Positions 10,139 through 21,765 of a DNA stretch of 64,000 nucleotides are shown here, piece after piece. Below the pieces are notes generated by a model. It saw only the letters and a list, made by a program, of their open reading frames with translations. It did not search any database and had not been told where the DNA came from. The position numbers and the translations under genes are program-made. The DNA lies in contig AP039689.1 of the NCBI GenBank assembly GCA_051599415.1, forward strand, positions 248,001 to 312,000. The letters run 5' to 3'. Numbering within the stretch: position 1 is the stretch's first letter; each line of letters starts with the position of its first letter. The stretch comes from Savitreella phatthalungensis. Lineage: Eukaryota.

Positions 10139-12114
10139 ATGGCTGGGTAAGTCCTATCTCTCGCACCTTCTTACCTCTTCATACTAACCTGATCAGCGGT
10201 CTCGACAACGCAAAGAAGACGATCGCTAAATTGCGCGATGAAGGCAGAGAATCAGAGTTCGGTAAGCTTTCATACTACTGCTTGGGCAGCGATCCTGCTT
10301 TCGAATGACTGACCACTGACATATTAGGCTATGTATTCTCAATCTCAGGTCCAGTCGTCATCGCTGCTGATCTGCTCGGTTGCGCTATGTACGAGCTCGT
10401 TCGTGTAGGCCATGACGAGCTTGTAGGCGAGGTCATCCGGATCGACAAGGATAAGGCGACTATCCAGGTATATGAAGAGACTGCTGGAGTCACTGTCGGT
10501 GATCCAGTCATCCGTTCAGGCAAGCCGCTTTCCGTCGAACTTGGTCCAGGTCTGATGGAGAACATCTATGATGGTATTCAGCGTCCTCTTCGAGCCATCA
10601 AGGACATCTCACAATCGATTTACATCCCGAGAGGTATCGCCACGCCTGCACTCGACCGGAAGAAATCTTGGGACTTCAACCCAGGAAAGCTCAAAGTCGG
10701 CGACCACGTATCCGGCGGTGACATCCTAGGAACTGTTTTCGAGAACTCCCTGCTCGACGACCACCGCATCATCGTGCCACCTCGCGCTCGCGGTACCATC
10801 ACACGCATTGCAGAGAAGGGCTCGTACACGCTCGAGGATGAGGTGGTCGAGATCGAGTTTGAGGGCAAGAAGACAAAGCTCACGATGATGCAGCAGTGGC
10901 CAGTCCGCGTGCCACGTCCCGTGGCAGAGAAGTTGGCAGCCAATAACCCGCTTCTCACCGGTCAGCGCGTGCTTGACGCTCTTGTGCCCTGTGTGCAGGG
11001 TGGCACGACTGCTATTCCCGGTGCGTTCGGCTGCGGCAAGACTGTCATTTCTCAATCTCTATCCAAGTATTCCAACTCGGACATCATCATCTACGTCGGC
11101 TGTGGTGAGCGCGGTAACGAGATGGCAGAAGTGCTGATGGACTTCCCCGAGCTGTCGATCGAGCGCAACGGCAAGCAGGAACCCATCATGAAACGCACAA
11201 CCCTTGTCGCCAACACGTCCAACATGCCTGTCGCAGCACGTGAGGCCAGTATCTACACAGGTATCACCCTATCGGAGTACTTCCGTGACCAGGGCAAGGA
11301 CGTTGCTATGATGGCAGACTCAACCTCTCGGTGGGCTGAAGCGCTACGTGAAATCTCAGGTCGTCTGGCAGAAATGCCTGCAGACTCCGGATATCCTGCA
11401 TACCTGGGTGCCAAGCTCGCATCCTTCTACGAGCGTGCCGGCAAGGCCACTGTTCTCGGCAACCCTCAACGTGAAGGCACAGTATCGATCGTTGGCGCAG
11501 TCTCGCCTCCCGGCGGTGACTTCTCTGACCCCGTCACATCAGCCACCCTCGGTATCGTCCAGGTCTTCTGGGGTCTCGACAAGAAGCTGGCTCAGCGAAA
11601 GCACTTCCCTTCCATCAACACATCGATGTCATACTCGAAGTACACGAACGCGCTCGCTCCATGGTACGAGAAGAACAATCCTGAGTTTCCACGGCTGCGT
11701 GACCAGATCAAGGCGATCCTGCAAGCTGAAGAGTCGATGCTCGACATCATCCAGCTCGTCGGCAAGTCGGCATTGTCTGAGCCCGACAAGGTGACGCTCG
11801 ATGTCGCTGGCCTGATCAAGGACGACTTCCTCCAGCAGAACGGTTACTCCGACTGGGACAGATACTGCCCGATCTACAAAACAGAGTACATGATGAAGGG
11901 CTTTGTCACGTACTACGAGCTCGCGAAGCAGGCAGTCGAGAACAACCCTGGCCACCTCACCTGGGCCAAAGTAAGAGACTCCACCTCAGACGTCTTCCAC
12001 AAACTCTCGGGCATGAAGTTCGAGAAGCCCGAAGACGGCAAAGACGCACTCATTGAGCGTTACGAGAAGCTCATCAAGCAAGTCCAAGACGCCTTCCGCA
12101 ACCTCTCCGAATAA
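10139..12114 (+). CDS. VMA1: V-ATPase catalytic subunit A; exons 10139-10146, 10197-10261, 10328-12114; no intein
   Basis: GAFGCGKT P-loop, [13 protein letters not shown] uninterrupted. Two introns (10147-10196, 10262-10327) give MAGGLDNAKK...[15 protein letters not shown]. Confidence 0.97.
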
Positions 12115-12368
12115 TCTCCACACCCACCAGAATTGGAGGAGAAACCCTTCCTTAAAGATCCTCTACCCTCACAGTCCGTAGCTACACTTCATTCCTTAGT
12201 ACTCCTGTCCTTCCTGACACGACACGGATGATTTCAATGTGGGCGAGTGTGTCTCGCTCTTCGTCTTATCAGGGTGGGCATAAGCTGTGACAAAATTTGG
12301 GGGAAATTATGGGGCGCTCAAATTGCAGGACTAAGAAAAGAAAGAAAGGGGAGAAAGTAAAGGCCAAA

Positions 12369-12405
12369 GTGATGATGATGATGATGATGATGGTGATGGT
12401 GGTGG
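12369..12405. repeat. (GAT)n/(GGT)n trinucleotide microsatellite
   Basis: gatgatgatgatgatgatgatggtgatggtggtgg between convergent 3' ends. Confidence 0.8.
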
Positions 12406-12426
12406 CGACGACTAGTGTGTCATCGG

Positions 12427-14370
12427 TTACTCGTCCTGACGGAGGTGATTGAGGCGTTGTTGAACGAGCTCGGCTTTTGATCGTTTGGCTTCGATGCTCT
12501 GGAGGATCTCGTGAGCGTTCCTTCTCAACCTCCTTGCCTCGACCTCGTGCCGCTTAGCCTCGATCTCGTGACGCTTTCCCTCGTGCAGCAGTCTGTCCCT
12601 CTCCTCTCGCGCGTACGCGACCGCCTCGAGTAACCTCCTTAGCTGAGCCTCACACTCCTGCGCGAGCTCGCTCCTGAACTGGCTGACGAGCAGGACGATC
12701 TGCATGAGTTCGCCGTCGGTGGCGTCCCCAAGCAGCCCTGTCGAACTCGCTGTCGAGGAAGAGCTTGAAGTGGTTGAGGTCGTGCAGGTGGAACTTCCGA
12801 TGCTCTCTAGCCTCCTCGTCAATCTCAGTACCGCTGTGTGACAGCATCTCAGTCGCATACTTCACACCAGCCATCACCGACGGCAGTCCGCCTGAAGTCT
12901 TGTGCTCTTCACCAACACCAACGCTCCCACCACCACCCACAGATCGCGACTTCCCATTGTCACTCCGGTGCTTCTTTGACTTCCGGGACGATCCGCCGTT
13001 GTTGTGCCCGGAGATTTTGGTGGCTGCGCCGACCGATTGCGCTGTCCTCGGGCGGTCCGTGTGGCCCTGACCGCCGCCGCCGTTGTTGTGGGTGTTGGCG
13101 AGGGTGGCGTGGTCGATCGCTGCTTGTGACTGCACTTGCGCGTGTGATGGTGGGTTGTGCATGTACGCGGCCGCCGTCGCGTTCTGGTGCTCGATCTCGG
13201 CCGCCTGTGCGTTCACGTTCTCCGCAACACCACTGCCACCGCGGCTGCCAGGCGGCACGATCGTTGGCGCCTGCTCGATCTGCCCAGGCATCGACCCAGG
13301 CATGTGGCCGTGCTCGTGCGTGTGTTGTTGGCTTGCCATCGCGTGTGCGTGTGCCAAGCTGCCAGAAGAACTCGGACGACCTACAAGTGTCGGTGGAGCG
13401 GATGGCCAACGAGTGGCGATAGGATCCAAAGGTTGAGTGAGAAATTCCGGCTCGATGAGTCCCGCAGCTGAGGAAGGTCGCTGCTGTTGAGGATGGCCGT
13501 GGCTCGAAAGTGCTCGAGGTCCGGAAGGCTTGCGCGAGCTGGATGGCGTGCGGCCAAGTGCGGTTGTAGGTTGACGGGATCGTGCTGCTGCTGTGGCGGT
13601 AGGGGTGGCGTTAGGACGGTCGTCGACGGGAGTGCCGTGTGGTCCTGTGGATGCTCGGAATAAGTCTCCTAGGAGTTTTCGGCGAGGTGTCTTACGTAGG
13701 TCTCCAGGTCCGCCTTCGGAGAGAGGTGTAGGGTCACTGGCGCGCAGTGGAGCTGTGGAGCCCGGCGCAGGGATATGGGATGGCCCGCGGTGCGTGTGTT
13801 CAGAAAGACGCGGGCGAGAGGCAGGTCGATCGTCAGCCCACGGCACTGGTTTTCGCTTCGGTGTAGGAAGCTGGCTCTGGCGAGGCGGCACAATGGGCAG
13901 TCAGATAGAACGAGGAGCAGGGTCCTCGATGGAAGGCAAGGCGTTGTATTAGTAGTGAGGTAGAAGATAGCAGACTCTCTTTCGGGTGAGTCAGAGTGAG
14001 CCAGATGCTGTAGATATTTGGGTGATGGTCAGCTTGTTGTTGAGTGAGTGGTGTCTGTGAGACGAGCTCTATGAACATCTCTGTTTGGGTGTGAAGGGTG
14101 CTGGCAGGTGACACGAAACGTATACGAGAGATAGCCGACGAGCCAAGCAGTAGTGCTTCATGTCATCGTTGTGATAAGAACCAAAGCAGAACAGCAGTCA
14201 CAAGGACTTGCTCTGTGACACGGTGATCTGGAGCCTGAGAACTCTTCCATCGATCAGCTTCATGTTCAGGACACGCCAGGTCAAGAAACGAGACCACGGT
14301 AAGAGCGGGATGAGTCAGGATGAGAAGATGAGTGAGCGTGTGACTTGACAATGAAACTCACCTGCGACAT
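12427..14370 (-). CDS. Hypothetical protein with low-complexity N-terminus and C-terminal coiled coil; apparent frame change near 12737; possible micro-exon 14362-14370
   Basis: Two overlapping ORFs (12650-13891, 12427-12858) with coding-like codon usage that join if one G is removed. The main ORF lacks an ATG at its start; ATGTCGCAG|GTGAGT at 14370 splices in frame to CAG|AGC at 13876. Confidence 0.5.
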
Positions 14371-14566
14371 TCCTCGGAAATGGACCGCAGTCCAGCAGTG
14401 AGCTCAGATGACAGCACAGGAGTCAAAGGATGAGCGTGTTGTGGATACGACGACACGCGTGGAATGTCCATTGTCATGCATTAGTAGTCGAGACAGAGCT
14501 CGTGACAATACACAAGTTAGCTAAGGTGTGTTAGGTAAGTGAGCATGCTGGCGAAGAATCTCTGGG

Positions 14567-17500
14567 TTACTGAGACTGACCGTGCTTTGCGAGCTGAGCT
14601 GCGAGGTAGGCAGCTGCATCTGGAACATCGTAGTTGAACTTCTTGAGCGTGTCCTTTAAGTCTCGATCTGTGATGAAGTCTTCCGGTAGGCCTGCTTCAG
14701 AGCCGGCGCTGTCGGCTGCAGTGCCGAGGTTGACGACGCGATTGTACCTGCCAAGACCTTCGCGGAGGATGTCGAGCTTGCGCTGGAAGATGGCACGCTG
14801 TGCAGCATCGACCCATCGACGAGAAACGTCCTCAAAGACCATAGACCGCTTATTGTGATCGATGGTCTTGACACGGAGAGACAACGTCGCCGATACAGGA
14901 CGATGATCGGACACGCGGCAGGTGTGTTGGCGATACGTCTCGCACTGAACACTGCTGGCACGCGTTGTCGCTGGAAGAGGTGCAGGTCCGGTGTCGGCTG
15001 CGGTCGGAACAATTGATGCCACAGTTGTCGTCGAAGCGGCGTCGGCTAAACCTCGATAGTAGACACGATCACACCAAGCAGGCACACGCTGCTTCTCAGA
15101 CGAGTCGTAGTTGTCTGTCCCGGGATCAAACTTATACGTCGGCATGAAGGTGATCGGTGCTTCCTGGAACGAGCGAAGCCTGTGTGTGGCGTTCTTGCGG
15201 AGTTCTACCAGGAGCTGATCGTACTCGAGAAGCTTGGCTAGTTTCTTCTCCTTGATCCAGCCGAGGACCTGCGAACGCTGCGCTGCGATGCGATAGTTCA
15301 AGTCGCCGTTGAGGACACAGACTTCGTGATCCATGACTGCTGAGCCATCGCCGCCGCACACAAACAGACTCTCTTCGCCTGTGACAGGCGACAGGTCGGC
15401 TTGGTCAAGAACGCTGAAGACATCGTTGTTACGCGCCACGACGTGCTTCTGACCAGCTGCCAAGTGACAGTTGACGAAAGCCAAGGACGTGTCATCGATC
15501 GTCATACGCACAACAAGTCCTCCCTTGTTGCCGTATCTGCCCTTCAGACCGGTCTTGACGGCGCTGTGTGCGAGATGACGCAACCGAGGCTTGATCGCCC
15601 GCCGCACAAACACACAGCTGAAGAGGCCGACGAGATTCCGACAGCTGACCAGGACGTATGCGTCGTCGTTGGGTGAGACAATTGCGCACTGGCGCTCGAG
15701 ATACGACTGCCATTCGCGATACGCTGCAGCGAGCTTATCGTCTTGCTGCTCTTTGTCCTTCTTCTTGCTGTTGCCGAAGAAGCCCTTGGCGACAGATCTG
15801 CCAGCCTTGCCCTTGTCGTCGAGGTCGACGAGCTCTTGGAAGCCAAAGACGAGGATCTCTGGTTCACGTGCTTCGCGGATCATCTTCTCGATCCAGCGCG
15901 AGTCCTCGTGATCGCGCGTCAGGCGCTGTGGCAAGGACGCACCTGCATTCCAGGTACAGATGAGAGCGCGCAGTGGCTGGGAGGTCGAAAAATCCGAGAC
16001 GTGTCGCTGCATCTCTGCATCTAGCCAGTCGTCCATCAGCATGCCGTCCCAGACCTTGACACTGCCGTCCGTCGAAGTGCTGCACACGGACAACCGCTTC
16101 TCTTTCCACAATCCTTGCCTGTCGAGCACGAGATCGCTGATGGGACTCTTATGCGCTGTCCACTCCTTCATGACGCGCCATGGCTTCGCACGGACGTCGT
16201 ACACGTAGATGCGCCCGGTCTTGAAGCTCGCCCACAGATAGTCACCGACCTGGATCATGCAAGAGAGACTGTAGTGAGAGAGATTCAGGACTTCGATGCA
16301 TCGAAGCTCTTTGCGCGAGTATACAGATACCTTGCCGTCGTCGTGGCCGAAGAAGACTTTGTCTGGGATGTGTGACATGTGACATGCACAGGTGATGATG
16401 CCCGTGGTGCGTGTAGCCTCGAGGCCACGGTCGCCTGTCAGACAGTGCTTTGCAGGGTGCATCGGACTGTATGCATGGACCTGACGACCGCACGCGAGCC
16501 AGAGTTCGTCTTGTGCTACAACTGCAGCTGTCGCCCCATACGCGACCCGTAGCGATTGCGGCACAGGCTTTTCTCGCAGGCTGACAGGTCGCGTCCTGCC
16601 CCACACATTCAAGGTGCCGCACTCGTCAAGCGTCCACATGGATGGCCAGCAGCGAAGAATGTGGGTGATTGGTGCGTTGTGGGCGCGGAAGTTGCGATCG
16701 ACGATAGTGCGATTGTGCAGATCAAGCTCGTGCAGAGAGCCGTCCTTGAAAGCGATCCAGATGAAATGTCCTGCATCCTCAAGATGCGAAAGCCCGACGG
16801 CGCGATGCTCGACGGCAGTCGCGCGCGTGTCGCCAATGGGGATTTGCCAAGACAGCTCGTTCTTAGAGATCCGCCACAGCTTGAGCTTCTCCGGCATGGC
16901 CAGCATGATGTAGTCGCCACTGATGGCTGCTTTGCGCACCTCCCTACCAGCCTGGAAGTCCCAATTCTTGCCGCGAAAGCATGGCGGCTTGCGGTTGGCA
17001 AATGACGGATCTGGTTGATCCAGGTTGCGGTGGTTGCCTGATCCACCAGCGTCCTCCGCATCATCTTCCGAATCGTGAAAATTGGTCGACTCGCTTCGAG
17101 CGTGCGAGGTCACTGTTGAGCGAGTTGTGTCGAGCGATCGTCGCGTCAATTGTGGAGGCGCGGATGTTTGCGCAGGCATTGGCTGAGCGCGCTCGGAAGA
17201 ACGCCTGACGTCAGTAGGAAGCGCAGATGGCTGTAGAGTTGCTGGAACATTTCTCGTTGGTAACGAAGGTGGCCGGATGTGATTAGCTGGCGGAGGCGGC
17301 ATCGTCTGGATCATCTGGCGCGTGCGTTCAGGCAGTCTCGGCTTGACGAACTCCGAGCGAGAGCTTTCTGCGGATGAGATCGTGTTTGTGCGTGAAGGTA
17401 AGGTAGGTATGAAGCCATCTCCGCTCGAAGATGGCTTGTTCGGTGGCAAGGCTGGGGGCAAACTCGCACTCAGCTCCTCGCGAGGTGTTTCCACAGGGCT

Positions 17501-18565
17501 CTTGAACACGTCGTCAGGCGACGAGACGAGACTGGAGCTAACGTCACTGCCACTCTCATACTCGCTGATAGGAGTGTCGAGTGTCGGGGCCGGCATACTT
17601 CGGCTCAGCGGTCGCTCAAGCGACAGCGATGGTCTAGGTGACGGCGCTGGAGAGCGGTCGAGCAGAGGCGCATGTCGAGTCTGCACTCGAGGAGTCTTAT
17701 TGCGCGGACTTGGTGGCGGAGGCGGAGCCAGATGGGTGCGAAGGTCTAAGCGCGAGACAGGCAGCGGAGATCCGATGGGCGTTCTGCTGCCTGGCCGAGT
17801 GGGCGTTTTCAGGCCTTCAGTTTTCCGAGGTTGCATTGTCTGTACATCGGAGGACGTATCCGAGCGCGCGCTCTCAGCCGAGATGTTGCGTAATAATGGT
17901 GCTGGCGGCTTTCGTGGCTGCGGCTTCTGTATGATTGATGGTGCTGATCTGCTGCCAGGTGCGGATCCGCCTATGGATCCCCGTGCATCGAGTTCACGCG
18001 ATAGGAGTGACACACTCGTGCCATGGAAGCTGTTATCGGGTGAGAGCTCTGCTGGACTGCCAAAGGGATCTGATTCTGGTGAAAGCACAGGCTCGTCATT
18101 GTTCCTTTCAGAAGTGTACTGCATTGCAGGTAGCTCAAGCTTTGGCTTATGAGGAATGCTCGGCTTCGTGGATCCCGAAACAGCTGCAGTAGTGTTGTTC
18201 GCTGGGATAGAAACAGGTGCTGATGGTAGTATCTGTGGAGCTGGTGAGTCTGGTGGAGCACGTGCAGACTTTGGAAGCGCATGATTAGTCGTGTCGAGAT
18301 CAGTAGACTTGCTTCCTACAGTCGTCGGCTTCGGTTTGACTGCTGGCTTTGGCCGATCAGTCGCAGATGTCTGCGGCTCAGCTGAAGGAAGGCTCAATGG
18401 CGGTTTGATGCCATTGGATGGTGCTGTTGCCCCTGCCGCTGCTGTGACGGGTCCTGCAGACTTGGCGGCATTGACTGGTGGTGGCGGCGGGCGAGACGGT
18501 TTCGACTCGAAGCGCGACCTGAGCGCTTTGATGTCAAGCTTAGTGTCACCTTCGTCTTCGCCCAT
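14567..18565 (-). CDS. Inositol polyphosphate 5-phosphatase with Pro-rich N-terminus and WD40-like propeller
   Basis: TWNAGA, FGFQELVDL, GNKGG, NCHLAAGQ, GDLNYRI, PTYKFDPGTDNYDSSEKQRVPAWCDR, SDHRPV motifs. WD-like repeats upstream; no Sac1 domain. Confidence 0.92.
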   Translation of the reverse strand: MGEDEGDTKLDIKALRSRFESKPSRPPPPPVNAAKSAGPVTAAAGATAPSNGIKPPLSLPSAEPQTSATDRPKPAVKPKPTTVGSKSTDLDTTNHALPKSARAPPDSPAPQILPSAPVSIPANNTTAAVSGSTKPSIPHKPKLELPAMQYTSERNNDEPVLSPESDPFGSPAELSPDNSFHGTSVSLLSRELDARGSIGGSAPGSRSAPSIIQKPQPRKPPAPLLRNISAESARSDTSSDVQTMQPRKTEGLKTPTRPGSRTPIGSPLPVSRLDLRTHLAPPPPPSPRNKTPRVQTRHAPLLDRSPAPSPRPSLSLERPLSRSMPAPTLDTPISEYESGSDVSSSLVSSPDDVFKSPVETPREELSASLPPALPPNKPSSSGDGFIPTLPSRTNTISSAESSRSEFVKPRLPERTRQMIQTMPPPPANHIRPPSLPTRNVPATLQPSALPTDVRRSSERAQPMPAQTSAPPQLTRRSLDTTRSTVTSHARSESTNFHDSEDDAEDAGGSGNHRNLDQPDPSFANRKPPCFRGKNWDFQAGREVRKAAISGDYIMLAMPEKLKLWRISKNELSWQIPIGDTRATAVEHRAVGLSHLEDAGHFIWIAFKDGSLHELDLHNRTIVDRNFRAHNAPITHILRCWPSMWTLDECGTLNVWGRTRPVSLREKPVPQSLRVAYGATAAVVAQDELWLACGRQVHAYSPMHPAKHCLTGDRGLEATRTTGIITCACHMSHIPDKVFFGHDDGKVSVYSRKELRCIEVLNLSHYSLSCMIQVGDYLWASFKTGRIYVYDVRAKPWRVMKEWTAHKSPISDLVLDRQGLWKEKRLSVCSTSTDGSVKVWDGMLMDDWLDAEMQRHVSDFSTSQPLRALICTWNAGASLPQRLTRDHEDSRWIEKMIREAREPEILVFGFQELVDLDDKGKAGRSVAKGFFGNSKKKDKEQQDDKLAAAYREWQSYLERQCAIVSPNDDAYVLVSCRNLVGLFSCVFVRRAIKPRLRHLAHSAVKTGLKGRYGNKGGLVVRMTIDDTSLAFVNCHLAAGQKHVVARNNDVFSVLDQADLSPVTGEESLFVCGGDGSAVMDHEVCVLNGDLNYRIAAQRSQVLGWIKEKKLAKLLEYDQLLVELRKNATHRLRSFQEAPITFMPTYKFDPGTDNYDSSEKQRVPAWCDRVYYRGLADAASTTTVASIVPTAADTGPAPLPATTRASSVQCETYRQHTCRVSDHRPVSATLSLRVKTIDHNKRSMVFEDVSRRWVDAAQRAIFQRKLDILREGLGRYNRVVNLGTAADSAGSEAGLPEDFITDRDLKDTLKKFNYDVPDAAAYLAAQLAKHGQSQ

Positions 18566-19414
18566 GACTGGTTGTGAATGGACTCGATGGTCTGGGCAGA
18601 GGTGGGAGCAGGGTTCTGTAATGTTTCACACCATCGTCAAAAGCTTATCAGAGATTCATCTGTATACAGGCGCCGGATCGGGATCTTTCAGAAGTGAAGG
18701 AAGAGCTTTTCCATTGATTGAAGAGCGGAAGATGTATCCAGGATGACGCTCACCCGTCAGACTGGCTAGTACAAAGGTTCAGAAGGGTAGGTGGAGAATG
18801 GCAGAGTGAGCTTCTTTTGTGTGTATAGTATGACATATGTCTAGTGCATCGATGTCTATGTCTTGTGAGTGGTCACGTGTTGATGTGATGTTCTATTGAT
18901 TGATCAATTCGATCTGGAGTAGATTGATCGATTTGTATGTACTGTACGTATATTACCAAGTTTAATTCATGCAATGAATATTGATTGTGTATTAATTAAG
19001 TTCAATTCAACCATTCAACCGATTCACGCTGCATCCAGATCTCGGGTCAATTGTCCGCTCCGTGTGTCAATTCTCTAGGAGATTCTGACAAAATTAATGA
19101 AAATCTATTCGCAGACGCGCGTCCGGTGTTATTTCGTCGGAGATATCTCTCTCTCTCTCAATCAGTTTATCGTACATGTGCTACACAATGAGCACGTGAT
19201 CGACAGTCATCTCGTATTCAAAGCTATAGACATATGCACCTCTGCCAACCGGCTCCGAATGGAAAACAAAACGACTAACCACCTTTGACACCTCCTTCAT
19301 CGACGCGTCCTAAGTTCTCTCGCGACCAGGCAGACCATCTCCTGACCTTTCTGGACCTTTCTGTACATAATTCGTCAACTCAACCACCCATATTCAATTC
19401 TTTCTCTATTCATC

Positions 19415-19978
19415 ATGTCAGACCAAGGGGACAGAGACTCAGCGACAACATCTGTGGCAGATATCCCGATCGCAAACGTCCTTCGTATCATGAAGAACGC
19501 GTTGCCAGACAACGCCAAGATTGCCAAGGAGGCAAAGGAGTGTGTTCAAGAGTGTGTATCCGAGTTTATCTCCTTCATCACTTCTGAGGCTTCGGAGAAG
19601 TGCCAGCAGGAGAAGCGCAAGACTGTGAATGGTGAGGACATCCTGTTTGCCATGACTTCGCTCGGGTTCGAGAATTACGCGGAAACACTCAAGGTCTACC
19701 TGACAAAGTACCGTGAAGCGCTGAAACTCGAGGACGAGCAAAACGGAAGGCGGCTCACAACGGCCGGCACCGGTGGAGAAGGCAGTGGCGCACGTGGCTC
19801 ACACGGCCGCAAGCGCAAGGCTGGCGACGACGGTGAAGACGAAGAGGAAGACGAAGAGGACGAAGATGAGGAGGAGGATGGTGGTGAAGCAAATGGGTCA
19901 CACGACAATGAGCATGGAGAAGATGCAGGTGAGGGTGAGGACGAGGAGGAGGAAGGAGATGATGGAGCTGATAAATGA
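19415..19978 (+). CDS. HAP3: CCAAT-binding factor subunit HAP3/NF-YB
   Basis: [63 protein letters not shown] histone fold, acidic tail. Confidence 0.95.
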   Translation: MSDQGDRDSATTSVADIPIANVLRIMKNALPDNAKIAKEAKECVQECVSEFISFITSEASEKCQQEKRKTVNGEDILFAMTSLGFENYAETLKVYLTKYREALKLEDEQNGRRLTTAGTGGEGSGARGSHGRKRKAGDDGEDEEEDEEDEDEEEDGGEANGSHDNEHGEDAGEGEDEEEEGDDGADK

Positions 19979-20076
19979 GTTGTCGCTATTCAATTGAGCT
20001 CAGACAGACTACCTTCCTTCTTGTCCGATCGTAGCCTGCCTGAGCATGCCCGCTCTCTCTCTCCGGAGCACTTGCT

Positions 20077-20497
20077 TTAGAGGATGGCTGCAATGACCGC
20101 ACCCACAACAACCATGGCTCCGCCAGTCTGCTGCAGCGTCGCACCGTTCCTCATACCCTGCAAGCACGTGTCAGTTCTTGTTCACTTCATCTACACATAC
20201 ACGAAACACGGAAGATCGACTTACCATGATGTTGTGGCTTGTAGCGTTCGCCGTCGCGCTTGCTCTCGACATTGATCCGGAAGTTGCAGCTGTAAGATCG
20301 CTGGAAGCGTCGGAGTCATCGCCGCTCAGACTACTCGGCATCGTCATTGGCGCACCGCTCATGGACGATCCGTTTGACGGCATCGGCATCGGCATCGGTG
20401 TCATCTGCTGTGCTGTCTCCGTCGTGCTCGCAGCTGACACTGCTGCGGCAACGAGAACGACGCTTGCGAAGAAAGTGGTGGAAGATACTAGTTGCAT
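20077..20497 (-). CDS. Small Ser/Thr/Met-rich predicted GPI-anchored surface protein; exons 20497-20225 and 20157-20077
   Basis: Signal peptide MQLVSSTTFFASVVLVAAAVSA. Intron 20158-20224 (GTAAGT...CTGAC...CAG) yields C-terminus GMRNGATLQQTGGAMVVVGAVIAAIL*, typical of a GPI signal. Confidence 0.75.
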
Positions 20498-21720
20498 GGT
20501 GGTAGGATCAAGGGTATGGGTGTGATGAATACGGATCGTCAAAAGTGGGAGTCTCCGTCTTTAAGGGAGAAGCGATCCCGGCTACCACACAAATTCCACG
20601 AGGGACTCTAGAAGATATGGTTTGTTTTCCAAACACCCGCTTAAGTCGACACACCGCATGTCTGGGATTCTCCCTCACCAATTGTGCAAGTTCTATTCTC
20701 TGCTCCAGTGATGAGATCGACGTGGCCCACAATGTTGATCGACAGGCGTGGCGTGGCGTAGTGTGGTGTGACGCTCAACAGAATGGCCTGATCAGCAGAA
20801 ACAAGCACGCCGTCGAGAGTACATGGAGCAGGAGCAGTATCAGCTCAGACCCTTCTCGTTTGGCACCTGTTCGTTTGCCAAGGGGCATAGTCCCTGCATC
20901 ATTCGTATCGGATGGCCCTGAGCCGTGTAAGAAGTCGGTCGAAAGTGAGACGTCAGATGAATCGGCTTGTGAGGCACGATTTGTGTTGGATCTCTGCCAA
21001 TCACGCATGCTCCAGCCAAGCCAAACAGATTGCTATCCTCCTCCGGCGGCTACTCCAACTCCCTCTTCCCAGGTGATTCTGCAGCATTGATGCCACAGCT
21101 TGCCACCTGACAATTTATACTGTTTATGTTTGTCCATCTGGAGCGGGATATCTGGTCATCGACTATTGACGGGCATATTACATGAAAGGTATCAGGTTCA
21201 TACAAGTCCACGCACGTCCGACAACAATGACTCGTCACTCTAGCCTTTCCATCCAGGGCTTCATGGACAGTGTATAATGTCTTCCAAGGACATATATCAC
21301 TAATAGAGTGGTGGATCTGTAGTACACGTGCATGATCAATCACCTGCTTCATACGCATATATCAACAATTAATCAAAGTAATAAATCAATCAATCGGATA
21401 ATTAATGATACTAATAATCCACAGAATCCGCAAATGACGTCGTTGAACCAAAACGAGATCAAATTGTATGATCCTACCTTGGTCAGCCACAGATACTGCC
21501 TCGATGCAACACTTTCGGAAAATATAATCCCACAGAATTCAACAACAGCTCTACACGGCTTGGGATATACACTCACACACGCACGTGTACCACACATTGG
21601 GTCACAACAGCCGACCACCATCAACATCCTCAACCTCCTTCTACCTCCAACTCTACCTCCAACTCTACCTTCACCTTCACCTTCATCCTCATCCTAGACA
21701 CCGCACTCTTCACTAGCAAT

Positions 21721-21765
21721 TCTATCAACTCTATCAACTCTATCAACTCTATCAACTCTATCAAC
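21721..21765 (+). repeat. 9-bp tandem repeat (TCTATCAAC)x5 upstream of GAD
   Basis: Directly visible. A 12-bp CTACCTCCAACT repeat also lies at about 21641-21670. Confidence 0.9.

Noticed and set aside
11090..11130. VDE intein in VMA1
   Set aside because: The canonical insertion site [11 protein letters not shown] is contiguous; no intein is present.
14400..14541. U1-like ACTTACCT on the minus strand
   Set aside because: No U1-70K or U1A loops and no Sm site follow; it lies in the phosphatase 3' UTR.
20545..21090. 181-aa ORF in the GPI protein/GAD intergenic region
   Set aside because: GTG start, no recognisable motifs or coding-like codon pattern; likely promoter DNA.
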